Assembly (NCBI GenBank): GCA_963724765.1 | Contig: CAVRVY010000003.1 | Coordinates: 1,152,001 to 1,216,000, forward strand | DNA from: an uncultured delta proteobacterium | Lineage (GTDB): Bacteria; Desulfobacterota; Binatia; Binatales; Binataceae | DNA: 64,000 bases | Direction of reading: 5' to 3' | Shown: one piece after another, positions 42,052 through 53,715 of the stretch | How positions within the stretch are numbered: the first letter of the stretch is position 1 | How the letters are laid out: each line of letters begins with the position of its first letter | The notes under the pieces: generated by a model | Database searches by the model: none | Told to the model about the DNA's origin: nothing | What the model saw: the letters and a program-made list of their open reading frames with translations, nothing else | Made by a program: the position numbers and the translations under genes

Positions 42052-43017
42052 CTAGTTGCTCGCCATGCTTTTCATCATCGCGTCGGCGGCTGACGCCTCG
42101 GGTGTCCCCGGATGATCGCGGACCAGCTTCTGCAGCGTGAGACGGGCATCGAGCGAATCGTTGGTGCGCAAAAACGCCTGCGCCTCGCGCAATTGCGAGC
42201 TGGCGGCGAAGCGGCCCCTGGGATAGCGCATCGCAAGGTCATTGAACTGCAGGATCGACTGGTTGTAGTTCGACGGATCGCGCGCGCCCAGCTCGAACAG
42301 CGCGTTGGCTGAGAAATACTCAGCCGGCTCGGCCAGCGGCGACTTGGGGTGGGCCCGCTGGAAGGCCTGGAACTTGGCGATCGCGTTGGGATACTTGCCG
42401 GCCTTCATATCGATCAGGCCGTCGCGATAGACGCGCGAGCCCGGCTCCGTACTGTTGCCCGCGGCCGCGAGTTCCTGGTCGAGCGCCGACTGCCATCCGC
42501 TCACCGCCGGCGCCGGCGCTGCCGCGGCTGGCGCTTCGCCCTCATTTTCACCCTCAGCCGGAGCTTCGCCCTCAGCCGGCGCCTCGCCTTCACTCGGAGG
42601 GATCGAGGCGCTCTGCGCCGCACCGGGAGCGACACCTGGCGCCGCACCCGGCGCACCGGGGACGCCTGGCATGCCGGGAGCGCCGGGGGCGCCGGGCGCG
42701 CCGGGGACCGGTGGCGTTCCGGCGGCGGTCGCGTTGACTTGCGACTCGAGCTTGGCGATGCGGGCCTTGAGCACCACGGTCTGCTTGGAGTCGCTGTCCG
42801 CGCCATTATGCTGCAGTTCGGTGATGCGGTCATTGAGCTGCGCAATCTGCTCGTGCATCGCGCTCATCTGCTGCTGATCGTTGGCGATCATCTCGCGCAT
42901 CGACTGCTCGTTCTGCGAGACCTGATCCACGTCCGAGCGCGCCGCGCATCCCGCGATGCCGAGCGTCATCGCGAGCAGCCCCAGGAGGCCCCATCCACGC
43001 ATGCGGCTATCGAGCAT
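42052..43017 (-). CDS. cpoB: CpoB/YbgF-like lipoprotein (coiled coil, Pro/Gly/Ala linker, TPR)
   Basis: IAGC lipobox, coiled coil, C-terminal TPR; directly downstream of pal. Confidence 0.85.
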   Translation of the reverse strand: MLDSRMRGWGLLGLLAMTLGIAGCAARSDVDQVSQNEQSMREMIANDQQQMSAMHEQIAQLNDRITELQHNGADSDSKQTVVLKARIAKLESQVNATAAGTPPVPGAPGAPGAPGMPGVPGAPGAAPGVAPGAAQSASIPPSEGEAPAEGEAPAEGENEGEAPAAAAPAPAVSGWQSALDQELAAAGNSTEPGSRVYRDGLIDMKAGKYPNAIAKFQAFQRAHPKSPLAEPAEYFSANALFELGARDPSNYNQSILQFNDLAMRYPRGRFAASSQLREAQAFLRTNDSLDARLTLQKLVRDHPGTPEASAADAMMKSMASN

Positions 43018-43034
43018 ACGCGCCGGCACCCGCG

Positions 43035-43580
43035 CTATTGCTGCACCACGAAGTGGTCGCGACGGTTTTGTGCCCAACATTCGTCAGTGTCCTCGTTACA
43101 AACCGGCAGTTCCTTGCCGTAGCTGATGGTTGACATCCGGTCGGCGGTGATGCCCAGGGTCTCGAGATAATCCTTGGCCGCCTGGGCACGCTTGGCGCCG
43201 AGCGCGATATTGTACTCCTCGGAGCCGCGATCATCGCAATGGCCCTCGATTTGCACGTGCGTGGCTGAATTTTTGCTCATCCAGTCGGCATTGGATTTCA
43301 GAATCTCGCCGTCCTGAGCGCGAACCGAATAGTCATTGTAGTCGAAATGGATATCGCCGAGCGGTCCCTGGCCATTCGCGCCCAGCGTACCCTTTTGAAA
43401 CTGATTGAGCGTGCTGGAGCCATTGGCGCCCAGCCCGTTCTCGCCAATCCCTCCCGGACCCGTATTACCCTGACCCGCGCCGGCGCCGCTTTGCTTCGAG
43501 GAACATCCCGCGACCATCGCCAGCATCATCGCCGCCGCGGCCATCGCGGTAAGTCGCCCGAGACGCCGTCCATTATTCAT
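43035..43580 (-). CDS. pal: Peptidoglycan-associated lipoprotein
   Basis: VAGC lipobox; IEGHCDDRGSEEYNIALG, SYGKE, NRR. Confidence 0.96.
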   Translation of the reverse strand: MNNGRRLGRLTAMAAAAMMLAMVAGCSSKQSGAGAGQGNTGPGGIGENGLGANGSSTLNQFQKGTLGANGQGPLGDIHFDYNDYSVRAQDGEILKSNADWMSKNSATHVQIEGHCDDRGSEEYNIALGAKRAQAAKDYLETLGITADRMSTISYGKELPVCNEDTDECWAQNRRDHFVVQQ

Positions 43581-44907
43581 CGAGCCACCACGACCACGTG
43601 GGAGAAGTGTCATTGCCCTCATCCTCCATCAAGGCAGAAATAACTTTGCCGGTTTGCGATTGTGTATTGACCTGCATCAGGTAGAGCCGTTCGTGACCGC
43701 CGCGGGTCGAGCTGAAAATCAGGTAGCGCCCGTCGGGTGACCAGCACGGCGATTGGTTCGAGCCCTCGTCCTGGGTCAGTTGCACGGGCTGGCCGCCGGC
43801 GACCGGGATAATGAAGATGTTAAACCCGCCCGAGCGGCTCTGGTAGGCAAGCCATTTGCCGTTGGGCGAGAACGACGGCGAGGTGTTGTAGTCGCCGTGG
43901 AAAGTGACGCGGTGCGCCGCGCCGCCGCCGAGGCTCATCACGTAGATCTGCGGGGTGCCCGAACGGTCCGAGGTAAAAGCGAGCTGTTGGCCGTCGGCCG
44001 AGAATGCCGGGTTGACGTTGATCGCGAGTCCCTGGGTGAGCTGGCGGATTTCCTCTCCGCTGCGCTCGAGCAGGAAAAGATTGGTATGGCCGCCGCTCTC
44101 GACCGCCGCGACGATCCGGCTGCCGTCGGGCGAAAGCGCGCCGCCGATCACATTGCCGTGCGCGCTGCTGATTCTGAGTTCGGTACGCCCAGCGACGTCG
44201 AACAGGTAAAGCGCGGGTTCGCCGGTCTTGTAGGAAAGATAGAGCACGCTCGCCGCGCTGTGGGCGAATTTCGGGAACAGGTTGATGGTCGGATTGTCGG
44301 TGACGCGGAAAAGGCCGCCGCCGTCAGGCGAGGCGAGGTAGATTTCCTTGAAACGGCCGCCGCGCATCGAGACGAACGCGATCCGCGTGTCGAACGGTCC
44401 CTGGATGCCGGTCACCGCCTTGAGCACCGAGTCGGCGAAGCGCCGCGCCATCTGCTCCACGTCGGCCGGTCCGCCGGAAAAGCGCGTGCCGAACATCCGG
44501 CGTTGCTGCGCGACGTCGAACATCAGTGCTTCGACCGAGACCTGACCGCCGCTCACCGTGACTGCGCCCTTGACCAGGAATTCGGCGTTGAGCGAACTCC
44601 AGTCCGCGAAATTGAACTTGCCCAGGTCGTAGCCCGAATTCTGCGGGTCTTCGATATACGACTTGGGCGAGATGATGGAAAAGAAGCCGCTCAGTTCGAG
44701 GTCATGGCGCAGGATTCGGACGAAGTCATGCGAGGCCGTGCCCTGGTCGTCGCCACCGAGGTTCTTGAATTCCGAGACGGCGATCGGCGCGGCGGTCGAA
44801 CCGGGGCCGCTGATCGTCATGTGGATTGGCTGCGCCTGCGCGACGCCGGCGCCAGCGAGCGCCGCCAGCGCAAAGGCCGCCACAGTGAAGATAAACCGCC
44901 TGATCAT
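43573..44907 (-). CDS. tolB: Tol-Pal beta-propeller protein
   Basis: TRIAFV, PD40 repeats (SPDG..., FTSDRSGTPQIY). Confidence 0.95.
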   Translation of the reverse strand: MIRRFIFTVAAFALAALAGAGVAQAQPIHMTISGPGSTAAPIAVSEFKNLGGDDQGTASHDFVRILRHDLELSGFFSIISPKSYIEDPQNSGYDLGKFNFADWSSLNAEFLVKGAVTVSGGQVSVEALMFDVAQQRRMFGTRFSGGPADVEQMARRFADSVLKAVTGIQGPFDTRIAFVSMRGGRFKEIYLASPDGGGLFRVTDNPTINLFPKFAHSAASVLYLSYKTGEPALYLFDVAGRTELRISSAHGNVIGGALSPDGSRIVAAVESGGHTNLFLLERSGEEIRQLTQGLAINVNPAFSADGQQLAFTSDRSGTPQIYVMSLGGGAAHRVTFHGDYNTSPSFSPNGKWLAYQSRSGGFNIFIIPVAGGQPVQLTQDEGSNQSPCWSPDGRYLIFSSTRGGHERLYLMQVNTQSQTGKVISALMEDEGNDTSPTWSWWLDE

Positions 44908-44989
44908 TTTATTCCGTCAAGGCCTCCGGGTCTGCCGCGCGCGTCGCGCGCGCCCGCCCGTGCGCCGCCTCTCCATCCCCCCTACGATT

Positions 44990-46093
44990 TCAACTAGCCT
45001 TCAACTCGCCCAGCTTGAACTCCGCGTCGACACCCTCGCCGAACTCGGGGCGATATTTTTCCGGCGGCGGCGGAAACGGCGCGGCGCGCCGGATTGCGCG
45101 AATCACCGAATCGTCGAACGCCGGATCCCGGGAACTCTGCGTCAGCTTGACGCCGGTCAGACTGCCGTCAGGGCCGATCGCGAAAGTCACGCTGGTGGTC
45201 AGATCTCCGCTCCCGCCCACGTAATTCCACGCCTTCTTTATCCGATCCTGTACCGTCTGATAGTAGAGCAGAAATTGCGGGTCCTGTTGAATCCCCATGC
45301 TGCCCTTTCCGGCACCCACGCCGTAGCCCCCGCCTTCATGAGGCACGTTGGCGACCACCGGTCCGCCTCCCGAAGGCCCGCTGGAACGTGCCTTTTCCGC
45401 CGCGGCTCTCTCGGCCAGATGCTCCTTGAGCAGGCTTGCGCGCAAAGCGGCGAGCTGCTCCTTGACGCTGGGCGTCGCCTCGGCGCGCGCGATCACGACT
45501 TCATGGTTCGGGTTGGGCCGGGGATGTGCGCTGCGCCTGGGCGCGGGAGTCGGCGTCGGCAGCGGCCGGCGATGGCGCGGCGCGGGGGTCGGCTTATGTG
45601 TCGGCCGGGGCCGCGGAGTCGGCTTCGGCGTCGGCGCGCGAGTCGGTTTCGGCGTGGGCTCCGGTGTGGGCTCGACGGTGGGCTCGGGCGTCGGCTCTGG
45701 AGTGGGCACCGGAGTCGGCTCCGGAGTGGGCGTCGGCGTCGGGGTATAGCCCGTATTGAGCGCGATTACGGTCTTGTCGTTGTCGGGCGAAAGCGGCGGC
45801 GGTGGCGTTTTGTGCTGCTCAACGGCCGGCTTGGGCGGCTCGCTGCGATGCTCGGGATGCGGCTGCTCCTGAGTCAGACGCGGCAGATGCGTGCCGAGGT
45901 CACCGGCCGGGATGTTGTCGACGATCTTCACGGTGTAGCCGGGCGGCGTCGTGTCGGGCCGATGAAAGTAGGCCGGCAGGATGACCAGGACCAGGGCGAA
46001 GAACATCGCATGGCCCACCGCCGACAGGATGATCGCCCCGGCGTAGCCCAGACGCGAGGAGCGGTCGCGGCCGTCAAGGTTTGGCGCTGCCAC
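44990..46093 (-). CDS. tolA: TolA/TonB-like protein with Pro/Thr-rich linker
   Basis: N-terminal TM with His, (PT/EPT)n linker, C-terminal [25 protein letters not shown]. Confidence 0.88.
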   Translation of the reverse strand: MAAPNLDGRDRSSRLGYAGAIILSAVGHAMFFALVLVILPAYFHRPDTTPPGYTVKIVDNIPAGDLGTHLPRLTQEQPHPEHRSEPPKPAVEQHKTPPPPLSPDNDKTVIALNTGYTPTPTPTPEPTPVPTPEPTPEPTVEPTPEPTPKPTRAPTPKPTPRPRPTHKPTPAPRHRRPLPTPTPAPRRSAHPRPNPNHEVVIARAEATPSVKEQLAALRASLLKEHLAERAAAEKARSSGPSGGGPVVANVPHEGGGYGVGAGKGSMGIQQDPQFLLYYQTVQDRIKKAWNYVGGSGDLTTSVTFAIGPDGSLTGVKLTQSSRDPAFDDSVIRAIRRAAPFPPPPEKYRPEFGEGVDAEFKLGELKAS

Positions 46094-46532
46094 CGAGCGA
46101 ACCGCCCGCCGCCGGCTCCGCGCCCGCCTGCGGCATCTCGGTCACCATACCGACGGTTTCGATTCCCGCCGCTTTGATTGCGGCCATCGTCTTGATCACC
46201 ACGCCGTAGGGCACTTCCTCGTCGGCGCGCACGAAGACCTCGCGGTCGGGCCGCGCGACGGCGATTGCCTGGAGCTTTTCAGTCAACTGGTCGAGGCCGA
46301 GCTTGGTGTCATTGAGGTAAACTTCCTGGTTGCGGGTGATCGAGACCACGAACTGCTCTTCCTTGCCGGGCAGGGCCGAGGCCTTGACCCGCGGCACGCT
46401 GACCTCAACGCCCTGCTGAATCATCGGCGCGGTGACCATGAAGATGACCAGCAGCACCAGCATCACGTCGACCAGCGGCGTGACGTTGATTTGCGAGGCG
46501 AACTGCCCGCGCTGTCCCGGTTCGAAAGCCAT
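46074..46532 (-). CDS. tolR: TolR
   Basis: [32 protein letters not shown]. Confidence 0.95.
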   Translation of the reverse strand: MAFEPGQRGQFASQINVTPLVDVMLVLLVIFMVTAPMIQQGVEVSVPRVKASALPGKEEQFVVSITRNQEVYLNDTKLGLDQLTEKLQAIAVARPDREVFVRADEEVPYGVVIKTMAAIKAAGIETVGMVTEMPQAGAEPAAGGSLGGSAKP

Positions 46533-46559
46533 CCGCTGTGCGCTTTGGGGCCGGCGTCC

Positions 46560-47273
46560 TTACGACAGGAAATGACGCTCGGCGATATTGAGAAATTCGG
46601 AGGTGAAATTTTCCATTTCGATCGCGAGCTCGCGCACCCGGGCGGTGAAGTAGTTGTAAAGCATCTGCGCCGGAATCGCGGCGACCAGGCCTATGGCGGT
46701 GGTGATGAGCGCCTCGGCAATGCCGGGGGCGACCGCCTGGATGTTCGAGGAATGAGCCGCCGAGAGTCCGATGAAGGCCGTCATGATTCCCCATACCGTG
46801 CCGAAAAGCCCGATGAACGGGCAGGTCGAGCCGGTGGTGGCGAGGAACGTGATGCCCTTCTCCAGTTTGGTGGTTTCGACGTTGGCCTGCCGGCGCATCG
46901 CGCGTGTCACGTTCTCGACCCCGCCCAAGTCGGTCGAAAAACCGCTCTCGGCGCCCACCGCCTGACGCTTGGCGCGCGTGAGCTGGAGCAATTCCTGGTA
47001 GCCGGCGCGGAAAACCTGGGCGACGGGGCTGCGGATCAGGCTGACGCTGCCGCTATGAATCGCGGCGAGGTTTTTGGACTCCCAGAACAGCGCGATGAAG
47101 CGGTCGGACTCGCGCCGGGCATGTGAAATCTGGTTGAGCTTGTAGATGATGATGCCCCAGCTCACGACCGAGAAGAGGACCAACGTCCACAGCACCACCT
47201 GCACCACCGGGCCTGTTCCCAGCAGCAGGTCAGCCACCCCCATCGTGCCGGGGCCGCCTAACTCATGGGGCAT
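46560..47273 (-). CDS. tolQ: TolQ
   Basis: FLATTGSTCPFIGLFGTVWGIM, VAPGIAEALITTAIGL. Confidence 0.95.
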   Translation of the reverse strand: MPHELGGPGTMGVADLLLGTGPVVQVVLWTLVLFSVVSWGIIIYKLNQISHARRESDRFIALFWESKNLAAIHSGSVSLIRSPVAQVFRAGYQELLQLTRAKRQAVGAESGFSTDLGGVENVTRAMRRQANVETTKLEKGITFLATTGSTCPFIGLFGTVWGIMTAFIGLSAAHSSNIQAVAPGIAEALITTAIGLVAAIPAQMLYNYFTARVRELAIEMENFTSEFLNIAERHFLS

Positions 47274-47635
47274 ACCGCATCAGCTCCACCCGCTTATTAG
47301 AACGTAACCAGACGGATTTCGTTGCAATCAATTTACGTGGTGGCTCGGGCGGGAGCAAATCGCTTTCGCTCGCGCGATGCTTTGGCCGGGCCCTTTGAGC
47401 CACGTGAAGTCGTGCGCGCAGATGCGCGGGCGATTCGGAGTGCGTGAAGGCATTATGCCGCCGCCCCATGCGTCGTTTCATGCCACTGTGCATGGATCGC
47501 GAATCGTTGACACGCTACCCGCTGGTGGAAATTGTGATAGCCTTATTTCGAAATTAAACTCGCCTGCTGGGGTGCCAGCGGTTTCATCAAGAGGGCTCAT
47601 CTCGGGGGAGACTTAATCCTAGGGAGGATTGCGCT

Positions 47636-48640
47636 GTGGCGATCAGGATCGGGATCAACGGGTTCGGTCGAATCGGGCGGATGGCTTTTCGCGCGATGCT
47701 GGGCAAGAAAGAGGTCGAAGTCGTCGCGGTCAACGACATCACCGACGCCAAGACGCTTGCCCATCTGCTCAAGCATGACTCGGTGCACGGCTCGCTCAAG
47801 CATCAGGTCAAGGCCGAGGGCAATCAGATCATGCTCGACGGCCACGCGTTGCGCGTGGTCGCGGAGCGCGATCCGGCCAAGCTGCCGTGGAAAGAACTCA
47901 AGGTCGACGTCGTAATCGAATCCACCGGACTGTTCACCGCGCGCGACAAGGCAGCGCTGCATCTGAGCGCCGGCGCTCGCAAGGTCGTGATCAGCGCGCC
48001 GGCCGACGGGGTCGACGTGACCCTGTGCATGGGCGTCAACCAGGAAGCCTACGACCCGGGCAAGCATCACGTCATTTCCAACGCCTCGTGCACGACCAAC
48101 TGCCTCGCGCCAGTGGCCAAGGTGCTGCACGAGAACTTCGGTATCGTGCACGGCTTGATGACCACGATCCACTCGTACACCTCCGACCAGATGCTTCAGG
48201 ACGGGCCGCATAAGGATTTGCGCCGGGCCCGGGCGGCGGCGCTCTCGATGGTGCCGACGTCGACTGGCGCAGCCAAGGCGATCGGACTGGTGCTGCCGAT
48301 GCTCAACGGCAAGCTCGACGGCATCGCCATTCGCGTGCCGACGCCCAACGTCTCGGTGGTCGACCTCACGGCCACGGTCGAGCGCGACGCGGACGAGAAC
48401 TCCGTCAATGCCGCGATGAAGAAGGCGGCTGAGGGCGAATTGCGCGGCATCCTGGCCTACAGCGAGGAGCCGCTGGTCTCGGTCGATTTCAACGGCAATC
48501 CCCATTCGTCGATCTTCGACGCGCCGCTCACCAAGGTGCTGGGCAAGCGCCTGGTAAAGATTTTTTCGTGGTACGACAACGAATGGGGTTACTCGAACCG
48601 GCTGGCCGACGTGACCGCCTTCGTCGCAAGCAAGATCTGA
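47636..48640 (+). CDS. gap: Glyceraldehyde-3-phosphate dehydrogenase
   Basis: INGFGRIGR, SNASCTTNCL, WYDNEWGY. Confidence 0.98.
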   Translation: MAIRIGINGFGRIGRMAFRAMLGKKEVEVVAVNDITDAKTLAHLLKHDSVHGSLKHQVKAEGNQIMLDGHALRVVAERDPAKLPWKELKVDVVIESTGLFTARDKAALHLSAGARKVVISAPADGVDVTLCMGVNQEAYDPGKHHVISNASCTTNCLAPVAKVLHENFGIVHGLMTTIHSYTSDQMLQDGPHKDLRRARAAALSMVPTSTGAAKAIGLVLPMLNGKLDGIAIRVPTPNVSVVDLTATVERDADENSVNAAMKKAAEGELRGILAYSEEPLVSVDFNGNPHSSIFDAPLTKVLGKRLVKIFSWYDNEWGYSNRLADVTAFVASKI

Positions 48641-48657
48641 ACGGACGCAGCGCCGCG

Positions 48658-49836
48658 ATGTCCGTGCTCGAGGTCACGCAGCTTGAACTTGACGGTCGCA
48701 AGGCGCTGGTGCGATGCGACTTTAACGTGCCGCTGCACGAGGGCCGCATCGCCGACCCCGCGCGCATCGACGCGAGCCTCGACACCATCCGCTACATCCT
48801 CGAGCACGGCGGCGCGGTGGTGCTCTGCTCGCACCTCGGACGTCCCAAGGAGCGCACGCCCGAGCTCAGCCTGAAGCCGGTCGCGGAGCACCTGAGCGCG
48901 GCGCTCGGCCGCAAGGTCGCGCTCGCGCCCGACAGCATCGGCGAAGTCACGCTGGGACTGGTCGCGGCGCTTAAGCCGGGCGGTGCGCTGCTGCTCGAGA
49001 ACCTGCGCTTCCATCCTGAGGAAGAGGCCAACGATCGCGATTTTTCCCACGAGCTGGCGCGCGGCAAAGACCTCTACGTCAATGACGCCTTCGGCTCGGC
49101 GCATCGCGCCCACGCCTCGACCGTCGGGGTGACGCGCTTTCTTACCGAACGCGCCGCGGGCTTTCTGATGATGCGCGAACTCAAGGCGCTGAGCGCGCTG
49201 ACCCACGACCCGGCGCGGCCGTACATCGCGATTCTGGGCGGCGCCAAGGTCTCCGACAAAATCCGAGTCATCCGCAATCTGATGACCAAGGTCGACGCGA
49301 TTTTGATCGGCGGTGCGATGGCTTACACGTTCCTGCGCGCGCGCGGGATCGAAGTCGGCCGCTCGCGGGTCGAGGACGACAAGCTTCAGCTCGCGGGCGA
49401 ACTAATGGCCGAAGCCGCACGCCGCGGCGTGGCCCTGATGCTGCCGGTCGACCACGTGGTCGCGGCATCGCCCGAGGCCGGCACGGCCGAGACGGTGGAG
49501 ACGATCCCGTATGACCGTATGGGCCTCGATATCGGGCCGCGCACGGCCGAACAGTACATCGCGAAATTTCAGGGCGCGAAGACCGTGGTATGGAACGGGC
49601 CGCTGGGCTATTTTGAGCTGGAGGCATTTGCCCGGGGGACGCTCAAGGTCGGCGAGGCGCTGGCCAACCTGGCGGGCGTCTTCAGCGTGATCGGCGGCGG
49701 AGATACCGCCGCGGCGCTCGCCAACCAGCCGTGGTCCGCCCGCTTCAGCCACATCTCGACCGGCGGCGGCGCGACGCTGGAGTACCTCGAGGGCATCGAG
49801 TTGCCGGGCGTCAAGGCGCTCGAAAGCCGGGGCTAA
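48658..49836 (+). CDS. pgk: Phosphoglycerate kinase
   Basis: [38 protein letters not shown]. Confidence 0.98.
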   Translation: MSVLEVTQLELDGRKALVRCDFNVPLHEGRIADPARIDASLDTIRYILEHGGAVVLCSHLGRPKERTPELSLKPVAEHLSAALGRKVALAPDSIGEVTLGLVAALKPGGALLLENLRFHPEEEANDRDFSHELARGKDLYVNDAFGSAHRAHASTVGVTRFLTERAAGFLMMRELKALSALTHDPARPYIAILGGAKVSDKIRVIRNLMTKVDAILIGGAMAYTFLRARGIEVGRSRVEDDKLQLAGELMAEAARRGVALMLPVDHVVAASPEAGTAETVETIPYDRMGLDIGPRTAEQYIAKFQGAKTVVWNGPLGYFELEAFARGTLKVGEALANLAGVFSVIGGGDTAAALANQPWSARFSHISTGGGATLEYLEGIELPGVKALESRG

Positions 49837-49902
49837 GCCAAACGGCTGCGCAGCGTTGAAGTCGTAATCGGGGAAATCATTTTAACTGGCGGAGAGGGCG
49901 CG

Positions 49903-50676
<774 letters not shown>

Positions 50677-50723
50677 GACTTACGAGGCTGTAATACCCCG
50701 GTTATAAGCAGGTTATAAGGTTG

Positions 50724-51194
50724 ATGGTTACGATCGTTGTCGCGATTCATGTCGTGATCTGCCTCGCGCTGGTCATTGTGATCCTGCTCCAGCAGGGCAA
50801 GGGCGCGGAGATCGGCGCGGTGTTCGGCGGCTCGAGCCAGACCGTGTTCGGCGCGACTGGTGCCGGCAACGTGTTGACCAAGACCACGTGGGCGATGGCC
50901 GCGATATTTTTCGCGACTTCGATTTTTCTCGCCTATGCCTCGACGCGGCGTTTCACGGGCAGTATCTTCGGGTCTGGCGGCGGGGTGAGCCACAGGGTGG
51001 TCGTTCCGGCTAAGCCGGGCGTGCCGTCGGCGCCTGCAGCGCCGGTCGGACCGGCGGGAAGCGCTCCCGCAGGACAGGCCCACGAGGGACAGGCTCACGA
51101 GGCTCCGGGAGCCCCAGTACCCATGTCCGCACCGGCGGCCCCGGCCGCACCTGCGAACCAGTCCAGGCCAATTGCGCCGAAGCCCAGGCCATAG
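50724..51194 (+). CDS. secG: Preprotein translocase SecG with Pro/Ala-rich tail
   Basis: ILLQQGKGAEIGAVFGGSSQTVFGA. Confidence 0.93.
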   Translation: MVTIVVAIHVVICLALVIVILLQQGKGAEIGAVFGGSSQTVFGATGAGNVLTKTTWAMAAIFFATSIFLAYASTRRFTGSIFGSGGGVSHRVVVPAKPGVPSAPAAPVGPAGSAPAGQAHEGQAHEAPGAPVPMSAPAAPAAPANQSRPIAPKPRP

Positions 51195-51336
51195 GCGATA
51201 TGAAGATGCGGCGGACTAATTCGTGATCTTTTGTGACTTACAGAGCCGCGCGTGATCGCGGCCATGAATAGTGAGCCGCGCGTTGAGCGCGACCAAAAGG
51301 GTGACCGAAGCCGCGCTCAGATCGCGGCCAATGAGT

Positions 51337-51422
51337 GCGCGGGTGGTGGAATGGCAGACACGCGAGTTTGAGGGGCTCGTGGTAGAAATACCGTGCGGGT
51401 TCAAGTCCCGCTCCGCGCACCA
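51337..51422 (+). tRNA. tRNA-Leu(GAG)
   Basis: GCGCGGGTGGTGGAATGGCAGACACG CGAGT-TTGAGGG-GCTCG, long variable arm, GGTTCAAGTCC, ...GCGCACCA. Confidence 0.96.
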
Positions 51423-51427
51423 CTAAA

Positions 51428-52174
51428 TCAGCCGATCAGCGACGCCGCCGGGTCTGGCTCACAGGCGTTGCTCGGCATCTGGTCCCATGTGCGCCCTCCG
51501 AGAAGACGACCTCCGGATTTTGGCGTGCGTCCTCCCCACTGCTTAAAGAAAAATGGCACCCCGGCGGCCACACATTGGTTTCTTATGCGTGATACCCATT
51601 GCGGCTCCATGGGGCGAGCGTGCGGTCCGCTCTCTCCGCCAACGATAACCCAGTGAATCCCTTGTAGAGCCAACTTCGGAATTGGTCCGAGCAGCGGCTC
51701 TATAGATAGAAATCTGACAGCTGCCGGCACCGTTCGAAGGTACTTTATTCTATCTACATACTCTGCATCTTCGACGGAGACGCCCTGCCATACGTTACGT
51801 GGCCATTCCAGCCGAGGAGCCAGTTCGGCGAGACGCGTTGCCCGCTTGGTAAGCACCTGGAAGGTATGCCAGTGAGCCCGCGCCATCACCGAGAACACTT
51901 GACGGATAAAGTCTTCCGGTATCGTCTCGTGAAACAGGTCGCTCATACTGTTCACGAAAATGCGCCGGGGCTGTTTCCACTTAAGTGGCAGAATGAGTTG
52001 ATCGGGATGCAGGACTAGTTCAAACCCGTTGCGGTATCGGGGGTTGCCCATCGCCTTGAGGCGAGCGGCCAATCTTTCTGCGTAGCAATGTTTGCATCCG
52101 GGGCTAAGTTTGGTGCAGCCCGTTACCGGATTCCAAGTGGCATCGGTCCACTCTATAGCCGATTTATCCCCCAT
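51428..52174 (-). CDS. Phage Gp37/Gp68-like (DUF5131) Cys-motif protein
   Basis: [50 protein letters not shown]; lower GC than its flanks. Confidence 0.9.
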   Translation of the reverse strand: MGDKSAIEWTDATWNPVTGCTKLSPGCKHCYAERLAARLKAMGNPRYRNGFELVLHPDQLILPLKWKQPRRIFVNSMSDLFHETIPEDFIRQVFSVMARAHWHTFQVLTKRATRLAELAPRLEWPRNVWQGVSVEDAEYVDRIKYLRTVPAAVRFLSIEPLLGPIPKLALQGIHWVIVGGESGPHARPMEPQWVSRIRNQCVAAGVPFFFKQWGGRTPKSGGRLLGGRTWDQMPSNACEPDPAASLIG

Positions 52175-52315
52175 GGCGCTTCCCCTAATCCCTATCCTTC
52201 GAATGGGCGAGTATTCAAGCGCTACACTTTCAACGGCGGCTATGGCGCAACATCGTGGTGTCGGCATTTCCTCCGTTTGGCGTCGTGCGGGCCGCGCGCC
52301 GGGGCGGCGGCGCGG

Positions 52316-53313
52316 TTAGCGGACGCCGAGCGAGAGCTGCGTGCCCGGCGCAATCGCGGGCGCGCCGGCGCGGGCCGGCGCGCGCCGATCGCGATGATCA
52401 ACCATGAAGCCGTACTTCGCGCGCATCCGATCGAAAATTGCGCCGAGCCGCTCGTCATAGCCGCGGGGCGCATAGACCGCGCGAGCATAAAACTCGTCGA
52501 TACGTCCCGCCACCTCGGGGAAGTGCTCCTTGATGAACGGGATGAAGCGGCGGGCCGCCGAGGGCTTGAGGAAAAGCGAGCGCCACCATACCGCGCGGGC
52601 ACCGGCGCGCCGCGCCGCGCGCACTACGCTCTCGATCGCCGCCGGCGCGTCGGTCAGCCCGGGAATCACCGGCATCATCAGCAGGTTACAGCGGATACCC
52701 GCGCGGCTTAGCTCGGCGAGCGCGCGCAGGCGCAATTCCGGGCGCGGCGCCCGCGGCTCGAGCGTGCGCTGGAGGGGCGGTTGAGCGTCATCAGCGAGAA
52801 GTTGACGCTTATCTTCGAGCGCGAGTGGATCGCGCTTAGCAGGTCGAGGTCGCGCACGACCAGCGCCGACTTGGTGGTGATCGAAAGGTCGAGCCCGCCC
52901 AGTTGCGCGAACACCTCGAGCATCGAGCGCGTAAGCCCGTACTTGCGCTCGGCCGGCTGGTAGGGGTCGGTTGCCGTGCCGATAGCGATCGGGTCCGAGC
53001 CGAGCGGCGTGCGCGACAGCGTATGCGAGAGTACCTGCGCGGCCATCCTTTTCACGAAGATGCGCCGTTCGAAATCCATCGGATCGCGCAATTCCAGGAA
53101 CTCATGCGTATAACGGGCGTAGCAATAGACGCATCCGAACTCGCATCCGCGATACGGGTTGATCGTCCATCGAAACGGCATCCGCGGGTTCTCGCAGCGG
53201 TTGAGTATGGTGCGGGCGGGCATCTCGATGAACTCGACGTCGCGCAGCGGCCCGAGCGGAACGGCGGTATCGTTAATGGATTCGTCGAACAGAGCGATGG
53301 ATGCGAGCTTCAT
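52316..53313 (-). pseudogene. SplB-like radical SAM protein, split by a 1-nt frameshift near 52775
   Basis: NPYRGCEFGCVYCYAR, GTATDPYQPAE, ITTKS in one frame; LQRTLEPRAPRPELRL...MPVIPGLTD continues in another frame. Confidence 0.85.
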
Positions 53314-53341
53314 CGCATCAGTTTCGTCTTTGTTCCGCTAT

Positions 53342-53349
53342 TCGTCAAG
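53342..53349 (+). repeat. Left copy of 8-bp target-site duplication TCGTCAAG
   Basis: Identical to 56166-56173. Confidence 0.92.
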
Positions 53350-53412
53350 GGCAATTATGTTGCAGTTGACACGGAAGGACGATAAAATGGCGAATGACGT
53401 GACAGGTCGGCT

Positions 53413-53715
53413 TTAGGAATTTGCTCTAATCAGATGATCTCGAAATGGCTTCAAGAACCAGGCGGTCGTTGCGAATCCACCCGATCCAAAGAAATATGCA
53501 CCTAAAACTTTCCAAGACATAGCAGGCAGGCGCCCGTTTGCCTTAAAAACGACCATAACTGTTAATATGATTGCCCAAACTAGTAGAAGGGTCACAAATC
53601 CAGTTAGCACAAAATACATCACCGTCATAAAGGTAGCTGCGCGCTCAGCCCTTATGACGGTGATTTCCCCGATCCGCTCCTGTTGACCGGAAGTAAGCGG
53701 AAGTTTAACCGCCAC
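53413..53715 (-). CDS. IS cargo: 100-aa protein with 2 TM segments
   Basis: Hydrophobic segments FMTVMYFVLTGFVTLLLVWAIILTVMVVF and VLGAYFFGSGGFATTAWFL; GTG start abuts the upstream TAA. Confidence 0.7.
   Translation of the reverse strand: MAVKLPLTSGQQERIGEITVIRAERAATFMTVMYFVLTGFVTLLLVWAIILTVMVVFKANGRLPAMSWKVLGAYFFGSGGFATTAWFLKPFRDHLIRANS

Noticed and set aside
42520-45750. Tandem repeats in cpoB (PGA, EGEAPA) and tolA (PT/EPTP)
   Set aside because: Ordinary low-complexity periplasmic linkers.
51400-51422. att-site duplication of the tRNA-Leu 3' end marking an integrated island
   Set aside because: No second copy and no integrase were found in the window by eye.
53321-53335. Possible LexA box (GTTT-N7-GTTC) before the radical SAM gene
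   Set aside because: One mismatch, and the LexA motif of this lineage is unknown to me; too weak to call.
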